A stretch of DNA of 64,000 bases from Macrostomum lignano (lineage: Eukaryota), in NCBI GenBank assembly GCA_002269645.1, contig NIVC01000736.1, forward strand, positions 62,001-126,000, written 5' to 3'. The notes under the pieces were generated by a model. That model was not told the DNA's origin. It ran no database searches and saw only the letters and a list, made by a program, of their open reading frames with translations. How positions within the stretch are numbered: position 1 is the stretch's first letter; each line of letters starts with the position of its first letter. Shown one piece after another: positions 14,301 to 23,359 of this stretch. Made by a program: the position numbers and the translations under genes.

Positions 14301-17300
14301 AATTGTTATTAAAATTTCGATTTCAGATCGTCGACGCAGTGGTGATCATGATCTCATTTGTGGCGGACATCGTCTTCGTGAAGCTGGAGTCCACGGAAGT
14401 GTCAGTCATGGTCCTGTTCCTGCTCTGGCGAATTGTTCGCGTCATCAATGGTGCGTGACGGGTTCTGTGCAGGATGCTCGCTGCTGGGAGAGGAAAAGCC
14501 AGACATCTGGGTTCTCCCGACACTTGCAGAGCACGGACAATAGCAGGAGTTCGTATTCAGCACTTCTGAGCCCCCCCCCAGCTGCCAATATGGCTATAGA
14601 TGCTAGGCCCCCATCAGTCTCACATTTCTTCTCCTGCCCCAGCAGAGGATCTCCATATTCGCATTATCAGTAAGGCCATTAATAATAGTGCTTACATAAA
14701 AGTTCAGCGACTTTCTAATCCCACAAGTCGAAATCACTCGCAGATGCAGAAGTGCGCAGATATTAACAAGCTTTAGTAAAAGTTATTAAAATGAATTTAA
14801 ATGTAAACTAGCGGGTTTGTAACTGAGTACCTCATCAGAAATTAATCTTCTGAATTAGATTTCCCTATGCACTGCAATTTCGGCATTCCAGGCCAACGCC
14901 CTCAATTATTTACAAAAGGGTCTCTGTCTACGTGTACACTCGCACTACCTCTGTACACTTGATTAAATTGACCAGTATGAGAAGGGCTGAAGTTGGTTAT
15001 TCGACCTGTTTATTGTCTGCCTATACAGTTAAACTGATAAATCTGCATGCATAGAGGGTTACCGCAGTATTCATCTCTATCCGTGGAATCAGTTGACTTT
15101 ATTTTTTTCACGGCAGAAGAGATTGGAAATTATTAGCGAGTGATTAAAAACAAGCCAGTAATGAGTCTTGGCTGAGGCTGCCCTTTTTTTACGAGTTACT
15201 CGACTGCACGGGTCGGCACAGATCGAAGGATCGGGGACTTTTCATCGGGGAATGGACTAGTCGATGGAGAAGTAGAAGGCCCCCATCCCGTACCTTTCCG
15301 ATGCGGCGGGGGGGGGAACTGCTCGGCAACGGATAGAGAAGAAACGCAACGAGACCCACCCGTGGGCAAATGCGAGCAGTCATCTGTGCCAGCCAGTTAT
15401 CGACATTTTCTGGCCTTTGCCTCTGCCTCTCAGTTGAAGCCGCATCGGGCATGTCCTCAGCTCGCCTGTACCTCGTTTGCACGCTTGAATTCAGAAAATT
15501 TCACCGGTGGGCTGGGGAGCTGCGGCCCGACTACAAATTGCATCTCAGCCCAATTTGCCCCAGCCAATCTCTGGCACTTCCTTTCTCCAGTGTCTCTCGA
15601 GGCTCGCATTCCATTCACGTTTCTTTTAGTCAGGGCCTGAGCGACTTTGGTGCACTATTCACTGAGCAGCATTTGAGATTGACAAGGCGAGTTAGAGCTA
15701 AACCATGATCTTACACCTTTAGTGGCCACACGGTGTTAACTGGGTCCTGCGTATCACACTGTGTCACAATAAAGTACACCCGCTGATATAGCATCAAATT
15801 GAATAAGTAATTCCCTGTCAGCTTTGTCTTGTATTGCCAGTCTCCTATAAATTCTGTGTTTAAAATTTCGAATACAAGAGAGCGAATTTACAATCTGTTT
15901 ATACCAGAACGAAACCTGTTTTTGTCGGCAGCAGGGCTGGCCATAGACTTCGGGCCCCCAAGCCCCGGCAGCAGGGCTGGCCATAGACTTCGGGCCCCCA
16001 AACCCCGGCAGCAGGGCTGGCCATAGACTTCGGGCCCCCAAGCCCCGGCAGCCCCGGCAGCAAGCCCCGGCCCGAAGTCTATGGGTTGGCCATAGACTTC
16101 GGGCCTTCAAATCCCGGCAGCAGGGCTGGCCATAGACTTCGGGCCTTCAAACCCCGGCAGCAGGGCTGGCTATAGACTTTGCGCCTTCAAACCCCGGCAG
16201 CAGGGCTGGCCATAGACTTCGGGCCCCCAAACCCCGGCAGCAGGGCTGGCCATAGACTTCGGGCCCCCAAACCCCGGCAGCAGGGCTGGCTATAGACTTC
16301 GGGCCCCAAACCCCGGCAGCAGGGCTGGCCATAGAATTCGGTCTCCCAAAACCCGGCAGCAGGGCTGGCCATAGACTTCGGGCCCCCAAGCCCCGGCAGC
16401 AGGGCTGGCCATAGACTTCGGGCCCCAAGCCCCGGCAGCAGGGCTGGCCATAGACTTCGGGCCCTCAAGCCCCCGTGTTAAAACAAAGCCGCAACACCGT
16501 CCGCAGGCCTGATGATGCACGAGAAGCAGCGTGGCGAGTTCAGAATCCAGCTGCAGAAGCGAGCCAGGCGAATGTCCGAGATGAAGTGTGACACCCTGGA
16601 GACGGAGCGCGACCTGCAGGAGGTGCCATAAAAGCAGGGGGAGTTTCAAAGTCAAATACTACTTAGGGCTGCCAGCTGCCTATTGACAGAAAGCACGAGC
16701 CGCACAGGGCAGGGAGCTCAGATTGGACTGAGGGGGGGGCAGAATGGCTGTCGCAACATGAGGCAGGAATTCTGTACCAGAAATGCGTCTGCAAACAGCG
16801 CGCCCCGAATTCCCCGGGCAAACAGGCTGGGGTAATTAACTACTCAGTCTCCCTATGCCGCCCCTAGTAGCAAAAGTTGAGAAGCGGAATGATCTCGCGG
16901 CCTGGCAGCAGTAGGGGATTAGCCGGGGCGGGACAGGCGGCCGGGGATCAATTAGGGCCCGAGAGTCGAGGCGGCGCGCATGATGGATAACTCGAGCAGA
17001 GAAGCAGCTGCCAGCAAGAGCGCCAACCACAATCTCGCTGTTCACTTTCAGAAGCACATCCTGTTCCTGGAGGAGCTCTGCAGAGAACTGGGCGGCGGGG
17101 AGGAGCAGATTGCCAACTGCAAGCCGCGGTGTGAGTTGCCTCACCTGAGCTGTGAATTCTATTTTTTAACGTCAATCTCCAGCGTGTCAGAAGTGAGGAA
17201 ACTGAGATGATGGGGAGACTGAGATGGGGAGCGAATGCGTGTTAGGGATATGTGGAAATGGAGATCCACAGCCAGAGTGAAAAGAAGAAGAGGGGCTGCA

Positions 17301-19703
17301 AGGGTGACAAAGAGAGAGAGAGAAGTGAAGAGGGACAGCCCCCCTCTCAGCGCTCTTCGTAGCACCAGTTGATGGAGTTCCCAGTGAAAAGTGCAGCCGC
17401 CTCGCCCCACGGCCAGACTGCGGGCTTTCCTTCCGGCGGCGGCCGTCCGTCCGTCCTTTCTGGTCGTCAAGAAGATGATAAATGGCTTTCAAGTGGCAGC
17501 CGGTAGCAGCTCCTGGAGCAGGCAGGCGGATAGAATTCTGAAGTGGGGGCGCGCGCGCGAGCCAAAAGTCCGCGAGCAGTCGTCGCCAGCTTCCTGCGCC
17601 GCGAAGGCCGCCTGTCTGTCAAGGAGGCCTCAGTGGCCGCCTGAGCGCTTTTTGTCCCGTCTATTGGCGGGAATCCAGTGGGGGTTTGGGGAGCATCGGA
17701 ATCCCCAAGCGCCCCGGGGGCTCGAGTCCTGAGCTGAGAGGTCGCTCTTTCTTCGTCTCTTCCGCTGCACTTCGCAGCGCACTGCAGACCCTCAGCCAGA
17801 TAGTTGGGGGGGGGGGCTTCAGCGTGAGCAGACGCGAGAAGTTCATTAGATGGGCCACGTGTTGCGGCCTGCAGAACGCAGGCGGGAATTATTGAGTCAG
17901 ACATTCCATTTTCTAGTCTAAGCTAACTTAATATCTAAATACAAGGATGAGCGAAGAGAACTTTTTTTACGGAAAGTAGCAAAGATTTCAAGTGATTCGG
18001 TAATGGAGATCATCTTCTGTGTCTCTACGTCTGGGATCTAGCGGAATGGGCGACCCACGCTTAACCACTGTGTCTACGGACCACCCTGCAGCCAAGTGTC
18101 TGGGAATCTACGAGTAATAACAATTCTTCTAGGAATTCTAAAGCACTGGTTTCTGAGAAAACTACATTAGTTGTTTCTAAGAGAACTACGGGATTAGTTT
18201 CTAGGAAAACTACATCATTGTTTCCAAGGGTTCGTCGCAACTAAAGCATCGGTTTCTACGACATACTATATAAGAAAATGATTTCCAAGAATCTCATCAT
18301 TGAATATTAGGCATTGGTTTCCGAGAAATAGTTCAACTAGAAACCCTCTGCCGTCCCTCCCGCCCACACAGTCGTAAACATCAGCAAGCGCCAGTCCAAC
18401 AACGCCCTGAAGTCCATGGCCGCCATGTCCGCCGGCATCTTTGGCGGCATCGCCGGGGCGCAGCACCGCCGCTCGCTCAGCGCCCTCACCAACAACCTCG
18501 GCACCCCGCCGAGCACCTCCCGACAGTCCTCTGGCTGGACACCATCGTGGAGGACGCTGCTAACACCGCAGCCTCCACCGCTGCCTCGACAGCGGTGCCT
18601 GTCGACAAGGGCGGCAACTCGACGCCATCGTCGCCTGATGCCGAGCGACCAACGATGAACGGCCGGCCGTCGGGGCAGCGGCAGGGCAAGCGAACTCAAT
18701 TCTGCAGCGCCAGCTCTATGTCGAGGAGGAGTCGCCGCAGGAGGTCGTCGCCGATGCCGATTCGCCCGACGTCGGTAAGGCTGAAGAAGCCCTTGTCGTT
18801 GACGTTGTAGAAAACAACGCCGACGCCGTCGATGCTCCGGACGCTGGTCGTTGCGGCATCGCCGGCGAGATGGCGCCCGCAGTGGCGGAGATCCGCCTAC
18901 AAGACGTCCGGGTGGACAGCGGGCAGTACACCACCACCGGGTCCGACAGCGATGATGAAGAAGATCCCTGGGAGCTGCAGGTGAGCCTGGAGTCTGCGAG
19001 ATCGCACCGCTAGGGACAAATCAAAAAGAGAAATACCTTCCTCAAAATGTACTTCATTTAATACGCAACGCTTCAGTGGCATACCATGGATCCCCGGATA
19101 ATTCTAGAATTTTCCGCCTACTAAGTAAGACGTTTGCCGTCAAAACGTCCGCACCTCCCATGAAGTCTGGAAGGACATGACAGTTGAATGGCTCAGCTTC
19201 AATGACCAGTTGTGCAGAAAAGTGCAAAAAGATAGGTCGATAAAAGTCGCGGTCTCGTAGTTAGAAAAAATTATTTTTCGATGACTAAAAATGAATCAGA
19301 ATACGGACCTTGGGGCGGCGCGATGCTCTGATGTGCCAGCGGCCCAGGCTCGTTCCAAGTGCAGTCGCATTAATTTGGGGCTTAATTGGAATCTCGGTTT
19401 GGCTCTGCTCGTGCAATAAAAGCCCCTGACGGCCAACTCGCAAGACACAGGGAAGTGTACATGCTTAAGGATTAGTAAAGTTGGGGCCGCTGTACACTCC
19501 TGTGTTGAGTGTGTGCCTGTGCGTATGACTGCGTACGTATCCGCGCGCTTGTGTGCCTGCTCAGGGAGTGGCGGAATGGGCAGCAATGCCTCTCGCCGGT
19601 GGTGTGACAATGTTGCTTGAAGTGCGCCAGGGTGTACAGCCCCCTGCCTCTAACTGAGCATCTCTCTGGCCATTCCTAGGAGTACAACTACAAGTTTTGC
19701 TGA
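5325..19703 (+). CDS. HVCN1: Voltage-gated proton channel (Hv family, Hv3-like), spliced. Exons: 5325-5450, 6511-6560, 9270-9674 (possibly from 8625), 11128-11651, 14327-14450, 16507-16622, 17052-17130, 18372-18980, 19680-19703
   Basis: GT-AG exons with matching phases give S1 VQIILCAFVLIDAVIVIAEIILEIK, S2 LHFVSIGILGLFVLEVALK, S3 FEIVDAVVIMISFVADIV, S4 LFLLWRIVRVING and a C-terminal coiled coil, matching human Hv1 helices (D112, H140, F150, E153, D174, D185, W207, R208, R211, N214 equivalents). The 5' end is uncertain (Met in WMNNKKF is a candidate start). Exon 18372-18980 has 1-2 frameshifts. Confidence 0.85.
5490..6493. repeat. Intronic minisatellite, ~40-41-bp unit (CCATTGTATTAGCTAATCCATGATTGGCTAGATTAGCAAT), ~24 copies
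   Basis: Tandem repeat filling the first visible Hv intron. Confidence 0.95.
7060..7270 (-). repeat. Inverted, degenerate copies of the 5490-6493 unit
   Basis: GGATTGCTAATCTAGCCAATCATG near 7137 is the exact reverse complement of part of the unit; several further partial copies. Confidence 0.8.
8641..9269. repeat. (CAGAAGCAGA)n, ~63 near-perfect 10-bp units abutting an Hv exon
   Basis: Read directly; contains no T and no stop codon in any + frame. Confidence 0.97.
9270..9674 (+). CDS. HVCN1: Hv channel exon: N-terminal region and S1 with selectivity-filter Asp
   Basis: Open frame KLPRFGRSRY...VLIDAVIVIAEIILEIKAIT; donor a|gtaagt at 9675. Confidence 0.9.
9695..10492. repeat. Intronic minisatellite, 32-bp unit (GTGCCTGGCTGTGGGCTGTCAGGATTTGCTCA), ~24 copies
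   Basis: Tandem repeat; explains ORFs 9854, 9918 and 10174. Confidence 0.95.
11128..11651 (+). CDS. HVCN1: Hv channel exon: long extracellular S1-S2 loop plus S2
   Basis: Acceptor ttgcag|, donor gag|gtgagt; phase 1 matches the previous exon; ends in the Hv S2 motif ...LEVALKIVCLGRNFVREKFE. Confidence 0.9.
13560..14075 (-). mobile_element. Degenerate, internally deleted RTE-type LINE fragment in an Hv intron
   Basis: YFKKAFHTIAR, YSKAAVSTSDGLSDFFKTSSGMLQG and VQEVLLLTLQAPY match the copy at 23.4-26.6 kb. Confidence 0.8.
14327..14450 (+). CDS. HVCN1: Hv channel exon: S3-S4 voltage sensor (absent from the ORF track)
   Basis: tttcag|IVDAVVIMISFVADIVFVKLESTEVSVMVLFLLWRIVRVIN g|gtgcgt; 124 nt, phase 0 to 1. 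Confidence 0.92.
15925..16472. repeat. Intronic minisatellite, 39-40-bp unit (CAGCAGGGCTGGCCATAGACTTCGGGCCCCCAAACCCCGG)
   Basis: About 13 tandem copies ending just before the 16507 acceptor. Confidence 0.92.
16507..17130 (+). CDS. HVCN1: Hv channel coiled-coil exons (16507-16622, 17052-17130)
   Basis: GLMMHEKQRGEFRIQLQKRARRMSEMKCDTLETERDLQE|KHILFLEELCRELGG; phases consistent, heptad-like pattern. Confidence 0.8.
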
Positions 19704-21361
19704 CAGCCCTTCGATCCCGACGCCTCCGTCGGCCCAGCCGCCATTCTCAGTAATAATTTGTTTATGCATTATTTTTTCTCCTTGGCCATTTTTCACTTTC
19801 TCGAATTGTCTGCACAGCGTGGATTGCACGGTTGCACGGAGATCGGTTTATTAAAACAAAGCTGGACTGTATGGGCGCAAGCCAGACAATTCAGCTCAAA
19901 CACCGTTCCTTACTAAAATACAATGTAATGAAATGCGTAATGTTTGTTTAAATGTGCATAAAAATCCGGAGATTTCCTGTAGCATGCAGTGACCCACACG
20001 GAGCATCGACACACTGAACATTTAATATTCACGCCTGCCAACATATGACATAAATTGGTTTTGATTTTATTGTATCTTTCCTTAGTTTTTTTACTATCCT
20101 TTGTACTTTCGCTATTACATTTTGTTTTATCGAATTTCACCTAACAACATAGTTGCACTATTGACAAGGAAATCATAAAACAAGCAAGTTTATGAGCAGG
20201 AATTTGTTTAACTCAACAATGATAAAATCGTTCGGCGCCAAAGCTAATGCATCCAACAATGCCATGAGTAGTATAGTCGGAAAGCATGCAGATACAAAAT
20301 TCTATGTACTCTTTAGATAAACTGAATTTATATATCTACTTTCAAAACTTTCGTCTTTGGTTCAGTTTGTTTTAGTCTACTTATTGATAAATATTTGGAT
20401 GCACGATTTTACATTAATTGGCTCTGGAATTGTCAATCATTCGGTCGGGTCAAACCAGTTTTTATTCGAACAATTTTCCAGGAAAGCCAGACGCGTTCAA
20501 ACGAACCCACCGGTGGCGGCGGCAGGGAAGGCTACCTGACTGAGTACCTGGCAACAACATAGCCGCCGCATCATTCTGCTTGCTGCTTTTCTAACTTTTT
20601 TAAAATGCTCTCGCACAAAAACACTTGGAAATTTTGTTTGTTATAATTTGCCGCATGACCAGCAATATTTGTCCAGCAGAAACTGATTAATATTTTCAAT
20701 TTCTATATCAATTTCTGTTAATAAAAACTGAAACGTACAGAATAAAAAGTTTTCTGTACATGCAAGTGTTCGCAAAAATAAGGCAGTTAGAAGCATAAAT
20801 TCCTTTTGTACATTTGCATTCTGTTACGAGCTTTGGGAAAGAGTTTTATTAGAAAAGTTCAACACGAAGACGAACCGTATGCTGTACCTAATCTGGATTT
20901 AGTCAGAGTTTAAAAGTTCTCCGCCATCGACTCCATCATTGCCGCACCGGCCTGGTCCGTCCAAGAGACTCAATTATTGACCGATCTGCTTATTGCTGAA
21001 TAATGGTTCCTGCTACAAAACGAATTAAAACTCGCACAGCCTACTCATGTTGTGTACTTTCTCAGTAGTACGAGCTAAATTTATAAAAACTATTAAAATT
21101 ATCACTTCTCTTCACTATTAGATGGACGGCTAGTGTAGAAAGCTTGTGCCAGACTCATAGACTGCACTTGTGCCAGATCATGTATCTAGACTGGGCGCTT
21201 GTGCCAGACTCATGTATCTAGACTCTCCTGTGTCAGTGCAGGCTTGTGTCACTGACAGCTGTTTTTGTCAGGCACACTTTAATTCGTCCCTAAGTTAGCA
21301 TTTATAGGCAACACAATCTATGATTATCAAGAGGTATCAAGGTTATCAAGAGGTAGAGATA

Positions 21362-21505
21362 TTTTTGGACGAAACTAGACACAATTCCACTATCGAGAGT
21401 TCACGCCTCACACACAACTGCCATAGCGTCGAGGCCGGTAGGTCGGTAGGTCGGCTGCTCAAACTTGCTGCTCAACTAGAAATTGTGTCTAGTTTCGTCC
21501 AAAAA
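21362..21505. mobile_element. MITE-like element, 144 bp, perfect 25-bp terminal inverted repeats
   Basis: TTTTTGGACGAAACTAGACACAATT (21362-21386) and its exact reverse complement (21481-21505); an 18-bp copy of the motif recurs at 22414-22431. Confidence 0.7.
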
Positions 21506-21803
21506 CCAATTCAAAACGGCTAGGACACAACTTCCCAGACGGGAATTGTTCACTAAGCGATTCTAGGGATTTGTGTCATAGGCATTTTCCACTTGGCGCA
21601 AGCCAAATAAAGGCCATAGACTAAACGTCTGGAACGAAAAGTTAAGCGGAACAGTCTGAAATTACCATAGACGTAACATGTTAAATGAATTGAAGTTGTG
21701 GTCTTATAAGCTGGAACTCTGCAGCAGAGGATGCATGTTCCTGTTTCTTCCACAGAACTTCTGTAAGTTCTGTGGTTTCTTCTGTTTGCCCTAACCTCTA
21801 CTC

Positions 21804-22190
21804 ATGCCACTCATACGAATGATAAATTGGTCGAATTTGCCGATTGAAAGCATTGACGGCTTGAATGGAAATGAGGTCAACTTTCTCAGCGACTTGAGTA
21901 TGGGTGGACGTGACGAGGCGTATGACGAAGAGTTGATGGAGTTCATCCGATTCATTGAATGCGGTAACGATGATGCTCTGCCACCACTGCCAAGCGAAGA
22001 AGAGGCTTGCCCCGAGGATCCCATGCGGAACAAACCATGCAATTCGGCCGATGTGAGTGTAATTATTGTGGATTCTAGCTCTACTCATCGATTATTGCGG
22101 AACAATTGGTCCACGTTTCATTATGCCCACGTTACGGCCGTTTTCGTATATGTATACAATCTGTTTATTCAGCTTTGTTGTATTGAATAA
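21804..22190 (+). CDS. Possible acidic ORF or exon of unknown function
   Basis: 128 codons, D/E-rich, with a gtgagt donor-like site after ...CNSAD; no recognisable domain. Confidence 0.25.
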   Translation: MPLIRMINWSNLPIESIDGLNGNEVNFLSDLSMGGRDEAYDEELMEFIRFIECGNDDALPPLPSEEEACPEDPMRNKPCNSADVSVIIVDSSSTHRLLRNNWSTFHYAHVTAVFVYVYNLFIQLCCIE

Positions 22191-22782
22191 AAAATATCCT
22201 CGCAAACGCATTGATACAGGAATATACAGATTGCTTATCTGCAAATGGGTATATCCAAATATAACCCGTTGGGAATATCCAAAAATGGTGGGCGGCTTGA
22301 CCATAGACTATTCGCAGATAAGCAATCTGTTGTATTCCTGTTTCGATGCCTGAAAGGCGCGCAAAAATTTACTTAGTTCACAATTTCCGTCGACGCAATC
22401 GTTTGTGGCCCAAACGAAACTAGACACAATTAAATTCGTGTATGCAGCTTCACTATAACCAAGACAGTATTCAGGCCTTAGACAAGAAAGTCTTATCGAC
22501 CTCGCGGACGAGGGAAAATCATTCAGTGCCCTTGGACAAGTCAGGGGCGAGTGCATAACTAACCACCAGCTGGCGCCTAATGATTAATATGTCTATGGCA
22601 TTAACGGACGTAGTTGTCAGCCCCCTGGGCAAAAGGTCCCGGTAAACAGTGTTACCTCGATGGCTTTTGCCATAGACATCAAAAGATTCCCTCTGCGCTC
22701 CTACGCGAACAGGCGTTGACCCCAAGCAAACTTTTTTGCAAGCTAAAGCTAAAGACTTGCAAGCCAAACTAAAATATTCGAA

Positions 22783-23096
22783 ATGAAGACCCAGCTACTC
22801 GTGCTGCTAGTTCTGCTTGTCCTGCTCGCGGTTCTCGGTGAGGTTCGCGGGAATATTGAGCCAAATTTTATTTAATTACATCCTTGGCTTGCTGGTTGGC
22901 AAGACTATTATTAATCAATCGCATACAAAATTCACATACAGGCTGCTCAATCGCGTGCGTTAAAGTGGAGTGCGACAAGAAAGGCAGTATCTGTAAGGAC
23001 AGTGCAGCCTCGTATTGCTGCTCAAAGCGCTGCTCCGGGAAAAGAGTGTTACTGGCTTCTGGCGGGGTGCTTGGCTATTGGAAGAAGTGCGAGTAA
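22783..23096 (+). CDS. Secreted inhibitor-cystine-knot (knottin, conotoxin-like) peptide precursor, 69 aa; exons 22783-22837 and 22942-23096
   Basis: Spliced product MKTQLLVLLVLLVLLAVLG|CSIACVKVECDKKGSICKDSAASYCCSKRCSGKRVLLASGGVLGYWKKCE*; 104-nt phase-1 intron gtgagg...catacag; signal peptide plus C-x6-C-x7-CC-x3-C-x18-C. Confidence 0.85.
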
Positions 23097-23359
23097 TGAC
23101 TGACGGCAACTGTGAGCACAGAATACTGTGACTGTGAGAGTCTTCGGCTGTGGCTCAAGACAGACATTTTGATTGACCAAACTGCGTAATTCCTGTTGCT
23201 TGTTACCTGAATTGGTCTGCATTTCATGCCGTGCCCTGATTGCTTTGGAGCACTTTGACTACTGAGTTAAATACAGCGGCCCTAACTTTATCTATCGTTA
23301 GCCATATACACTTCACTGTGCCTTCAAGGGTGTTAACTACACAAGCAGACTAACTCGTC

